A DNA stretch of 64,000 nucleotides from Carpediemonas membranifera BICM (lineage: Eukaryota > Protista > Fornicata), in assembly GCA_019828565.1 (NCBI GenBank), contig JAHDYR010000067.1:1-64000 (forward strand), in the 5' to 3' direction. Below the pieces are notes generated by a model. The model did no database searches, was not told where the DNA came from, and saw nothing but the letters and a program-made list of their open reading frames with translations. The position numbers were made by a program, and so were the translations under genes. This document shows positions 1 through 9,555 of this stretch, piece by piece (within the stretch, counting starts at the first letter, position 1; every line of letters begins with the position of its first letter).

Positions 1-143
1 GCGGGAACGTATCGTGATACCGCTCGCCGCGCCGCATTCGTCCTGATCTGCAACTGCTCGTCCAATTCGTACAGCTCATCATCGAGTAGCGGCACTAATA
101 ACCCGTCGCTGATGGATGCGTCATCGCGCTCGCTACCACTCAT
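1..143 (-). CDS. 5' end of a hypothetical gene running off the left edge
   Basis: ATG at 143 opens MSGSERDDASISDGLLVPLLDDELYELDEQLQIRTNAARRAVSRYVP with no stop before base 1 (manual translation). Confidence 0.45.
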   Translation of the reverse strand, partial: MSGSERDDASISDGLLVPLLDDELYELDEQLQIRTNAARRAVSRYVP

Positions 144-235
144 CGTCGTGTTGTTTCCGACCCAGGATCTGACTCCGTCTTGACGAACTCACGCCGGACA
201 AGACCCCTGTCTAACCGCAAAATTTACACCGCTGC

Positions 236-667
236 CTACTCGAACTCGTCCATATCCTCGAGCAGCTTCTTGGCCCGACGCACGACGGGCTTGTTGGCCT
301 CCTTCTTGGCATCAGACGCCCTCTCGTCGTCATCGATGATCCTGCGCGCGTCAGCGATGACGGCGTCTCTCGCGGCGCCCTTGGACTCCGTGAAGTACTT
401 GCAAGCCATGTCGAAGTAGTTCTTGTTGAGCACGTCCTTCTGGAACATCAGAGCCTGGATACGCTTCTGAGTGCGCTTGTGGAACTTCCAGGTGTTCTCC
501 TTCTCTCTGTTCTTGAGGCTCCACTGCTTGAGATACGTCTTCACGTTCTCCACGGACTCGTCAGTCATGCTGTTCTTCACGAACGACTGCTTCTTCTCAA
601 TGCGGGATGTGCTGCTCTCCCGCTCTTTCCGCTCCTCCTTATCAACCGTCTGCTTGCTGGAGGGCAT
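236..667 (-). CDS. WKF-domain protein (C7orf50/YCR016W-like, ribosome biogenesis)
   Basis: 143 aa, basic. YLKQW...WKFHKRTQ..I.....F motif and C-terminal RRAKKLL match the WKF (DUF2373) domain. Confidence 0.8.
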   Translation of the reverse strand: MPSSKQTVDKEERKERESSTSRIEKKQSFVKNSMTDESVENVKTYLKQWSLKNREKENTWKFHKRTQKRIQALMFQKDVLNKNYFDMACKYFTESKGAARDAVIADARRIIDDDERASDAKKEANKPVVRRAKKLLEDMDEFE

Positions 668-913
668 CGCTTGGCTTCTGCTTGCATGAAAAAAAGAATT
701 ATGTGAAATTTATCCCTTCTCGAGGCACGTTGTTGGCATCATCGTGTTTAGCGCCACTTGTTGGCCCAGAAAGAGTCTTTCTTACTGGCATCGGCAGTGG
801 GTCGACTCTCCCTTTCCAGCATTGCTGACCACCATCACTAATCATCTCTCATCCCCAAAACCATCAGCCAGACCAAGAAGAGAGGTTTACCAAATATACA
901 GCGCAGGCTGTGC

Positions 914-2149
914 CTACCTCAACCCGACCTTGTCCTTGAGAGTCGATAGATCACCCTCCACCGTCCCGGACAGCGGCGGCAGAGTAGACCGCCCGATTCC
1001 CTTGCTGCTCGTAGCGCGGGGCCTACCCATCCCCTTCACAGGCGACCCGGGTTCGAACGAGGCCCCGATCCTCTGGCCCGCCCGAGGTCTGGTGTCGCCC
1101 TTCGGGGGCCGGGCGAGTCGGGCGATTGGCTGTGCAGCAGGGCGCTCCTTGTGCTCCACCGGCTTCGATTCAGCTGCCGGCGGGGTGGGCGACAAGGCGG
1201 TCGGCGACGTCGCTGTGATGGCGAGTCGCTCGGGACTCGCCACCTTGTTCTTGAAGTCAGCGATCGTGACGTCTTTCCCGGCCTTAGCAGCCCGCTGTGA
1301 CCCCTTTGTCCGGCCACCCGCCCTGACGGTGACCCCGGCCGAGGGCTGGATCGACTCGAACACCGAGGTTTGTTTCGTAAACGTCCGCACCTCGCGCTCC
1401 TTCTTCTCGCCCTTCTCACGCTCCCGACCACGGTCGCCCTCTCTGCTCTGTCGGACGGACCCACCCCTCGACTTGCGGGAGGGTGGCGAGGGCACAAGGA
1501 CCTCGCCCTCGGTGGCGTTCATGTTCACGTGGAGAGGGCCAGCTGGGCCCTTGTGGCCGGTGACCTGCTGCAGGGTCCCGTCTGCCCCGTATGCCAGGTC
1601 CTTGCCGGTGCCCGGGCCCCGTGTGAGCTGCTTGACACGCTCCTCGCGCTCCTTCTCCTCCTTGGCGCCCCTCTTCCGGCGGTCCTCCTTCGCCCTGATG
1701 TGGGACTCCACGATGCGTCTGGCACCCACAGAGCTCTTGGGCCGGACGAAGAGGGCCTTGGCGCTGCTCACTCGGGCGGCAGGGGATGTTGCCGGCGGTG
1801 GGTGCGCGCGAGGCTGCGCCTGGTGATGATGGGAAGTAGTGCTGGGCTCGGGCTCGGGCTCGGTGATGTCGACGACTGTGACGGGAAGAGTGTTTCCAGC
1901 GAGGACGTCGTTCGGGCAAGAGGCCGGGGGCTGATCCTCTTCGATAACCCAGTTGCTGACGGCCTTAACAGTGCAGTCCACGTCTATTATATCAAGAAGC
2001 GACGACATAAACGTGCTCGCAGTGAAGATTTCCAACTTATCCTGAACAGCATGCTGAAAGAGGATCCTTTCTCCCTGACTAATGATGTGATCCATTACAT
2101 CGGATATTATTGATCGCGTGAAGTGCTTATCCTCGAAATTCTTCACCAT
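914..2149 (-). CDS. Hypothetical protein with C2orf81-like N-terminal region
   Basis: Likely start is MVKNFEDK at 2149; the ORF extension to 2407 overlaps the putative omega-RNA. WVIEEDQPPASCPNDVLAGNTLPV resembles the W..D.EP.P...D.WA...VPV motif. The tail is low-complexity and basic. Confidence 0.55.
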   Translation of the reverse strand: MVKNFEDKHFTRSIISDVMDHIISQGERILFQHAVQDKLEIFTASTFMSSLLDIIDVDCTVKAVSNWVIEEDQPPASCPNDVLAGNTLPVTVVDITEPEPEPSTTSHHHQAQPRAHPPPATSPAARVSSAKALFVRPKSSVGARRIVESHIRAKEDRRKRGAKEEKEREERVKQLTRGPGTGKDLAYGADGTLQQVTGHKGPAGPLHVNMNATEGEVLVPSPPSRKSRGGSVRQSREGDRGREREKGEKKEREVRTFTKQTSVFESIQPSAGVTVRAGGRTKGSQRAAKAGKDVTIADFKNKVASPERLAITATSPTALSPTPPAAESKPVEHKERPAAQPIARLARPPKGDTRPRAGQRIGASFEPGSPVKGMGRPRATSSKGIGRSTLPPLSGTVEGDLSTLKDKVGLR

Positions 2150-2174
2150 TCGATTTTCGATTTTCGAAGGCGTC

Positions 2175-2330
2175 GTGTGCTGCGCAGGATAAGAATGCTT
2201 GAGTCCAAAACACACAGTGATCCAAGCAGCATCAGGATCGCAGTGTGGTTCATCATACTCTATCAATCGTGCGCAGCATATCACGCGCGCAGCGCGTGCT
2301 TGCTCAACTGAGCAAGTTAATGATAGCGAG
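2175..2330 (-). ncRNA. Putative Fanzor omega-RNA (fRNA) scaffold; predicted guide starts at about 2174 and reads leftward
   Basis: Lies immediately 3' of the Fanzor stop (2317). Stems: CTTGCTCA-AC-TGAGCAAG (2299-2316); CACGCGC-GCA-GCGCGTG (2282-2298); TGCTGCGCAGGAT (2178-2190) pairing with ATCGTGCGCAGCA (2266-2278); inner CACAC..GATCC/GGATC..GTGTG (2213-2247). Confidence 0.65.
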
Positions 2331-4234
2331 GAAGAGCACCTCTCTGGGAGTCGTAGTGGAAAGGAGATTGCTCCATCTGATCTGAAGTTGCATCGAAGGT
2401 ACACCAATGGATGTTCTCGCTGGCGCTCTTATCTCGGTGAGAGAGATTGAGAAGCATGTCTCTCTGCTCGGGATGCCGACGTAGCCGTTCAACGCGCCAT
2501 GGAGCTCCCTCGCACGCGGGATTCTGGCAGAGCATGGTGCGGTGTGTGTGCACCACACGTCTGAAGTGTGCTTTGCAGTATGGGCACACGATGGAAGTGC
2601 GCAATTCGGAGACCATCGTGACACTCACGACGACGTTGTGCCGGAGCATTATGCCAGGAAGTGCTCGAGCAAAGTGGCGGTACGGAGCACAGGAGGGAGT
2701 GCCGGCGGAACCGAACGGTGCAGCCCCATACGCGAATTCCGGGTGAATGGGCTCCGGTGCGCCCGCCGAGATCATCCAGGAGTTGACGTCCAGCCCGGGC
2801 GAAGTGCTTCAGGCGCAGACAGTGATTGGCAAAAGTCGCACGGCGGAAACACTTTCTCGTCCCCTCGTTGATGATCTGAACGATGTTCTCATGGACAAAC
2901 CTAATCGACTGTTTGAGAGCCTCTAGACTCGTCGTTTTGAACGATGCTGCGCTCATATTCACGCGTAAAGTGGGGGTGGCAGTGTAGCCACACTTAGCGA
3001 GTACGCCAGATACACTCTGCCCGTCTGGGCGGCGGATCGTGTAGCCGCCCAGCGACCGAGCATCAGGGTCGAAGCCCATGAGAGCTTGAATGTCCGGGGC
3101 AGGAGTAGCCTCGGCGTCATCCTGACCGAGCCGAGCCCGCTTGTTATTGCTACCCTTTTTGTACGTGGGCCGGTCAGCCACCCGACCGCCACGGTATTTC
3201 TCGCGACCCACCCAAACCGTCACAGCAGCAGAGACCCCGTCTGTCTTCACAGAGAGCACTCTGCGGAGTTTGGTGATGTCGCCGTGATCACGCTCGTGTT
3301 CAGCCACCTGCTCGTCGGTCAAATTCTTGGTTGCTGACCAATTCACGTGCACACGCAGGCGCCTCTTCATCGCTGGGGTGAGCGCTGTTACTCCGCGCTC
3401 GAGGGTCATGAACCCAGGCTTGACCGGTGCCATCGGCACGAACGGAATGAGCTTCGGCTCTGGCAGGGCCTGACTGAGCTCGAGGTTCACGGCACGAGTG
3501 AGTGTGACCAGCTTGGTTACTGCAGCACTCATGCGCGTGACGCACGACAGCACGCCGACGAGGGCCTCGGCCACGGTACCAGTGCGACCCACCCGTTGCC
3601 CCTCGGGCGATGCATGTATGTGGGATGATACATGCCATGATCGGCGGCTATGGCGGCAACCTCAGTGTCGAGCTCGCTTAGGGTGTCGAGAAAATCCTGT
3701 CGAACACCCGGCTGATCATGGAGGAGCGGACGCACCCGTTCTAATCCAGCACGAAGACGGGTCAGGTACCCGGGTGACGCGCGCGAGAGCCTGACCCGGG
3801 TGGCTGTGGAGTACTCACCCAACCAGCTCTGAAATGGCGCTGCAATTCCAACGTAGGCTTCCCTGAAGTCCCGGACGAGTGGGGTTATGTCAGGGTCCCT
3901 CCACATCGCCAGGTCGCCAATCTACCTGCACCGATCCGCTGCCTTTGTCTTCGACCTTTTGCTGAGCAATGCTGACGATCTGCTTGAGGACCTCCTGGTC
4001 GACCAGGTTGACCGTCCTCGGTGGGGTCAACGCGTGCGCAGATGCAGAGACGCACGCAAGCAGGCAAGTGAATGTGTACTTAGCCTGCGTGAAAGAACGC
4101 ATGCCGGGTTCAAGGTTTCCTCACCGCGGCGCGTTGTTATCGCCTCCGCCGTTAATCTCGCCAATGGCCTTGTTAACGGAAGCCTTCACCGTGTATATCT
4201 TGGAAGGCATCGGAGTATATTGAGCTGCCTGCAT
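2317..4234 (-). pseudogene. Fanzor1 (TnpB-family RuvC RNA-guided endonuclease), about 630 aa, broken by at least 4 frameshifts
   Basis: Collinear fragments from ORFs 3890-4102, 3529-3906, 2489-3592 and 2317-2775: SVKTDGVSAAV, RuvC-I LMGFDPD, FAYGAAPF...AP, RuvC-II VSELRTSIV, zinc finger CPYC...CQNPAC, RuvC-III HRDKSASENI. The N-terminus MQAAQYTPMPSKIYTVKASVNKAI starts at 4234. No intron signals were seen at the shift near 2740-2780. Confidence 0.85.
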
Positions 4235-4358
4235 CGATCATTTCTTTTCAGGGTTCATCAGCTGGCAGCATCCCTCAAAACACAAGAAACCAGCATCATA
4301 CAACACAAAGCGTCTTTGCTGCTAGTTACAACCGCTTTCCACCACTAGTGTCTCTCAC

Positions 4359-4545
4359 AACAGACGAAGATGACGAAGACGACATGAGCTTCAGACGCCG
4401 GCAATGGACGACAGATGAGCGCGTAACAGACGAGCACAGACGCGAAAGAAGGCAGCAGCGTTCAACACAGACGATGGACGACAGACGACGCATCTTTTCG
4501 TGCAGACCGACGACTGAAAGCACGACAGACCGATGACACAGACGA
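4359..4545 (+). repeat. Cluster of about 10 same-strand (A)CAGAC(G/C) motifs, consensus ACAGACGA
   Basis: Copies near 4360, 4391, 4411, 4426, 4436, 4467, 4481, 4502, 4525 and 4538. ATGGACGACAGA occurs twice. Confidence 0.7.
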
Positions 4546-4570
4546 GGGCTGAAGTGGGTGAGTGGAGGTA

Positions 4571-4605
4571 GTGTGCTGCGCAGGATTAGAATTGTTGAGT
4601 CTAAA
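4571..4605 (-). repeat. Orphan copy of the 3' terminal 35 nt of the putative omega-RNA
   Basis: GTGTGCTGCGCAGGATTAGAATTGTTGAGTCTAAA here versus GTGTGCTGCGCAGGATAAGAATGCTTGAGTCCAAA at 2175-2209: 4 mismatches, first 16 nt identical. Confidence 0.9.
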
Positions 4606-5693
4606 CGCCGACGCCCTCATGTCCGCTACCCTTCTGGTGTACGACAGGTGGGCCGTCAGACTGAACCTGTTCAGTCCTCTGGAGTTCATCCCAGGGGGGT
4701 CGACAGCTTAAGTCACCTTTACATGAATCCTCCACATAAACCTCTAAATACCACACGTCGTTTGACATAAAGTGCAACTCCCAATGACTGTTGCGGAAGC
4801 CGGCAGAGTAGGATGTGGTATGCGAGAGGAGCAGAGAAATACAAGACGATTTACGTATTTAATCAGTACTGTAAAAACATATAGACCATCAGCGGGCTCT
4901 GCGCGCGTCCGAGGACGCATGCTGCCGCTGTGGCCGGGCGCTGGGGTCCGCCGGTCTCATCGCTTCGTGTCTCTTGGTCCGGCCCCTTTATGGTGCAACT
5001 GGAATTCTGAGATTGGGAAGATTGGGAAGAAGTGACGATGGCAATATGACCGAAAACTGGAAACAGATGATGTTGTTATTGAAGTATATCACTCCTATGG
5101 TGATAGGAGGTCTAGAAACATGGTGTATCCTGTGTAAAAGAAGAATGATGGCCCTAAGTTAACTATGACGCTACTGCCGCATACACCGGTAAGTTCTAAG
5201 CCGTATAAAATCATCATAGGAAGCCGTTAGGTACTAACTGAAAGAATTGCTGTTTTCATCGCATTGCTAGTTTGGTGCGGCAGGTGACAAACCCACTCTC
5301 GGCAAAAATGGCAAAATGAAGATGGCAGGATCTGAAACAATAGCCGGTTCACCGAAGTCCTAGCCGGCTCCTATAGTGTCCCAAGCCTTTATTTCACTCA
5401 TCCAGACGACTTTACTCATGGGGAATCCCCTCGGGGGTAGACCTGGGCCATACCGATAAGCGCCTTGCCGTGACATAGGTCAACCCGAGCCCGGTTAAAA
5501 CTGCAGCACTGCAGATTAGCCGTCAGTCGCCGCACTAGTGTAGTGTTTGCTTCACGGGCGATGTCATGCATCGTCCCGGTCCACCTGGACAGCGTCTGGG
5601 CGATGTCGGCTGGGGCTATGGGGGTCTGGGGCGAGCTCGGGCAGCATGGGCGGGACTCGGCGCCGGGGCTGGATCAGCTGGGCTGGCGAGGCG

Positions 5694-6887
5694 CATATGG
5701 CAAATCTGGCAATTCGGACAGTTCGGACGAAAATGACCCCCCATAGGTGACTCACAGATGGGGCTCCACGCCGCGGGCTTGCCCTCCCGCATACACTCGC
5801 CGACCGCCAGCAGCTGCTGGGTCGTCCAAGTGTATCATCTAGGCTCAATGTCCTAGGTCCATTTGATGTCGCGCGGCAGTCTCACACCGCCCGCGCGCTC
5901 CTAGCAAGAAGCCGGGTTCCGCGCCGTACAAAGTGGCGCGGATGTCCGGTGTGCAGTAAGTGGGCCAGAGGCCAATGCAATACCACGGGTCCGAAGACGC
6001 CGTGGCGCACAGCTAGTATTTTGAAATCATTAGATGGTGGTGGTCTTATCTTGTGCCGCTCCATGGTCCCGTCGGCGCACCTGATTGATGTTGTTTAGTT
6101 CGGCGCGAAGAAGTGACCGAAACTGAGAGAGCGAACGCGAGGAATCGTGATCTAGACGTGACAAAATGAGCATCCTACACAGATATAGCAGCAGAGGTGC
6201 TTGGAGAGCGATTATTCAAGCACGCGAAGGAGTGTGTGAAAAAAAGATGGCGTATTCTGCACAACCATCTCGATGACGGCAGACGTTGCGTCCAAGGCTG
6301 TTAGTGGGGCACTCGCACTATATCCAGGCCTAGTTGATGGGGTTATGCCATTGGGTGCGGGCTGACGGTGGATCGAGTCAAACTGAGTCGTCATTTTCGA
6401 TGACTCCAGAAATTATGGTTGGGAGTTTAAAAAGTACCGACGGGTCAGCCATCATGTATGAGCTTCTCTTATGGTGCAATGGCGTGAGTTTCAGTCATCA
6501 CCAACCTCTACTCGTCATGTTCGATGTCCGCCGAGATCGAAGATCGGATCGACTCCAAACGCATACTGCCAGTGTGCGCCCGCTGATAATGGCCCGGATC
6601 CAGATGTTAGAGGGCTATACAGGCATTATGGCAGAGCGACAGCGATTCGATGGTAGTAGTCGAGGTGACGGCATCGCTCAGCTTCGGACCCGCAGTCTCG
6701 GGACGATTTCGAAAGTCAGGTAACATGTCACCAACTAAATTGATGGCCGATATAGCTTCAGAATGGGCTCTAAAGCATGCATGCACGCACCATTTTGAGT
6801 GATGGAGTCTGGGATGACATGGGGTCAAACCGACCCAGACCGATTTTGCTGTGTGCCAAAGAGCCGGCCTCCCGGCCTGCCCTTGCA
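5694..6887. mobile_element. Non-autonomous repeat, copy 1 (1094-bp core 5734-6827 with TGACCCC..AT / ATGGGGTCA inverted ends)
   Basis: Nearly identical to 20540-21735 and 11308-12229. No recognisable protein. Confidence 0.85.
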
Positions 6888-7141
6888 CTCAAGTTTATGT
6901 CCGTCCTGGGCGGGGGGCCTCGAGGGCCCTCATTGACCACGAAGCACAACCATCAGCATCGTTTCCATCACAATATTATCACCCATTATAAAAAGCGCGA
7001 ATCCTCAACCTCGAAAACGCCGCACTCAACCCTCCCCTCCCCCGACCTGCCGCCACGAGGCAGGGCCAAACGGCTAGCGCTCCGGCACATACCGTTAGCT
7101 GAATCGTGGCACTGCAACATGTTACATACAATTGAGTAAAT

Positions 7142-8140
7142 TCATAAACAATCCGCCCTATTTATCTTAAACTCATCGAGCGGCACCATGACACGCCCAT
7201 GGAACGACACGCCCCGCCTCAACCTCGGCACACAAATGTGCGAGGACTGTGGAATCTGATCCACCACTACAATCCTGTCATCCACCAGTTTTGAATCAGT
7301 CAAAATAGCCTGGTCGAAACCACACCAGTACACAACCGCCCCTGGTCCAAAGAGATTGCAATAGGACTGGAGTTGTTCAAAGTTGGACAGATGCTTTGAA
7401 ACAGTGCCGAACATTGCTTTGGAATCTATCCAGTGTATTGTGGCGCCTCTGATTACGATTGGGGTTAGCAAGAGAACGTCTGGAGTCCTATACGTGTCCC
7501 GCATCCTTGAAAGCTCATTTTCAGTCGCAAAGTGTGCTCCCATGTTTGTCAACGTCTGCTGGAGCCTGTATTCGCCGATTAGCCCGTGGTATCGCCCAGC
7601 TTGGGTCGACCGGTGTGAACAGTTGAAGTCGACCTCCTCGGCCTGCTCCAGCGCTTTGCGTACCACTGAGCCGTCTGCTACATCGTCTAGTACCCCTGGG
7701 CTTCGTCGTACTTTCATGGTCAGACTCTTGAGCACAGCGCGAGACGCCATGTCGGATGATGCTTTCATTCCAAACGCTTCGGGTGTGGTTGACATTATTA
7801 GCGACTCTAGAGCAAAGGTAGCGATTCTACAGGCTGGGAAGTTGGCTCCGCGGGACAGATCGAGGATGCTTGTGTTGTGGACGAGGTTCTTAAGGTAGAG
7901 ATGGCGTTTCTTTCGATGGCGCCATGTGTTTTTGATAACCTCATTGGTCATTACACCGCCTTGTATGCTCCGAATGATCCTCCATGAGACATACGGGTAT
8001 TCGGAGAAGAAATCGCTCTGTAGCAGTGGGGTGAATGGATCAACTTGGCAAAGGGACTGTTCAAGGTAGCTTACGAACTGGTGATCGATTTCGAAGGCCT
8101 GTAAAGGGACAAGAGCTGATTTGGACTGCATGTCGCTCAT
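7142..8140 (-). CDS. CDIN1: CDAN1-interacting nuclease 1 (C15orf41/TPD-domain PD-(D/E)xK nuclease)
   Basis: GLIGEYRL, RTPDVLL..PI, HWIDSKAMFG, QLQSYCNLFGPGAVVYWCGF. Confidence 0.85.
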   Translation of the reverse strand: MSDMQSKSALVPLQAFEIDHQFVSYLEQSLCQVDPFTPLLQSDFFSEYPYVSWRIIRSIQGGVMTNEVIKNTWRHRKKRHLYLKNLVHNTSILDLSRGANFPACRIATFALESLIMSTTPEAFGMKASSDMASRAVLKSLTMKVRRSPGVLDDVADGSVVRKALEQAEEVDFNCSHRSTQAGRYHGLIGEYRLQQTLTNMGAHFATENELSRMRDTYRTPDVLLLTPIVIRGATIHWIDSKAMFGTVSKHLSNFEQLQSYCNLFGPGAVVYWCGFDQAILTDSKLVDDRIVVVDQIPQSSHICVPRLRRGVSFHGRVMVPLDEFKINRADCL

Positions 8141-8302
8141 GCCCGGTGACTATTCGATTGTTGTTGAGATGTCAACATTTCAACTCGGGAAAACTCTCAG
8201 GTGACCCAGGCTGGCCACGATGCCTCCAATGCGCGCGTACATCTCTCCTACAGAGGCGCTATTCGCGGGGAAAATTTTGCTGGCACACGACGCGCTGAAA
8301 CC

Positions 8303-8944
8303 ATGCCGCTGGTCAAAAAGCCGAGAACCGCGTCAGCTAGCGCGCAAAAGAGCGCAAATGTACAAGAAACTAGAGCTGCGCCATCTACTGCGCGCACAAA
8401 GACATACTCCATCGGAGAGCGCCACATGGCGCAAGCACAGGCCCATCTCGACAGATTCAAGTCCATAAGACAGAAAACTGTGATTGAGCCGGTTAAAAGC
8501 GTTCCATATACCACAAACCTGGCCCCACAGCAGCCAGAGCAACCAGAACAGCCAGCAGTGCCAGTGAAGCCAACGCCAGAGCCGAGCACTGGCGCCCCCG
8601 CGGAGCCGCAGCCTGCTTCCCAACAGGAGAGCGCCCCAGCAGAAGAAGGGACGTATACATCCACAGCCATCACCGTGGCCTCCTCGCCTATTCTCCAAAC
8701 ACTTGTCTCATCCGTCAACGCCCTCAGAGCAGACGTCGACAGCATGGCCCAGCAAATAGGCGCCCTGCAGACCAGACGCCAGGAGCTTGAGGAAACGATA
8801 GCGGACAGGCCAGCGGTGAGTGTCGACCCGCTAATTGCCCAGATCGAGGAGCTCTCGAAGACGAGGACGGAGGACAGCGGCAAGGTCACCGAGTTCCTGG
8901 AGGAGATGAGGGCGATGCTGGCAATGGCAGGGTTGGGCCAGTGA
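8303..8944 (+). CDS. Hypothetical protein, P/Q-rich middle and C-terminal coiled coil
   Basis: ATG at 8303 (MPLVKKPR), divergent from CDIN1. AT-rich 3' region with AATAAA. Confidence 0.6.
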   Translation: MPLVKKPRTASASAQKSANVQETRAAPSTARTKTYSIGERHMAQAQAHLDRFKSIRQKTVIEPVKSVPYTTNLAPQQPEQPEQPAVPVKPTPEPSTGAPAEPQPASQQESAPAEEGTYTSTAITVASSPILQTLVSSVNALRADVDSMAQQIGALQTRRQELEETIADRPAVSVDPLIAQIEELSKTRTEDSGKVTEFLEEMRAMLAMAGLGQ

Positions 8945-9555
8945 GAGAGGGTAGGTCTTATATATATAAATTCTGATCAAATAAAGGTGCAGGCTAAGCA
9001 ACAGTTCCTGATGCTCTGAATGTTGATCATCGGGACAAGAGTGCTGCAGAGAACATCCTGTGGCGTTCTCTTGCCACGGAAGATGAGCTCAGTGGCTCTC
9101 CGTTCAGTCGCACCTCGATCTCACGTCTTCAAACACCATTCCAGTATCATCAATTGGCTAACCGCCACCATTCGTCTGCTGACGGATGATATTGTACAGT
9201 TTGGCACTTTGATCGTTCCTTTCAGGCCCTATCTGGGAGGTTCGAAAAATGTGTTTAGACTGCGCAACTGATGCGGGGCTTTACATAATCCGCGTACCGC
9301 GTATTAGCGTACGCGGACCCTAGGGGGGGCCGGGGGGACCACTAATTTTCCTTAAATTCTGACTCATGTCCTTAAAATGCGGGGACGACAATGACGACAA
9401 TACCTTTTAAGCCTACAGAGCATGTCTCTTGGTCTCGAACACCCTTTGCGCCGCCCTTTCATATTGATATCTCGGACGGTTCTGCTTCTTGCGCTTCTTG
9501 GGGGCCATGCTCTCCACCAAACTCGTGATCCTTTACCTATTAAACACATCCACCC

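Larger units (their letters stand above)
2175..4605 (-). mobile_element. Fanzor1-carrying transposon-like locus bounded by 35-bp imperfect direct repeats (2175-2209 and 4571-4605); no transposase seen
   Basis: Contains Fanzor coding fragments, a structured 3' RNA, a CAGAC repeat cluster and direct repeats identical at 31/35 positions. The true ends are uncertain. Confidence 0.6.

Noticed and set aside
2150-2407. N-terminal 86 aa of ORF 914-2407
   Set aside because: Overlaps the Fanzor C-terminus and the structured RNA; the ATG at 2149 is more plausible.
4343-5545. CACTA transposon between CACTAGTG (4343) and CACTAGTGTAGTG (5533-5545)
   Set aside because: The match is an 8-bp palindrome with no longer TIR, no 3-bp TSD and no transposase.
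6334-6723. 129-aa ORF and other 60-94 aa ORFs repeated in the 1.1-kb element
   Set aside because: They recur only because the DNA is duplicated. No transposase, gag or RT motifs, and the ORF is truncated in copy 2.
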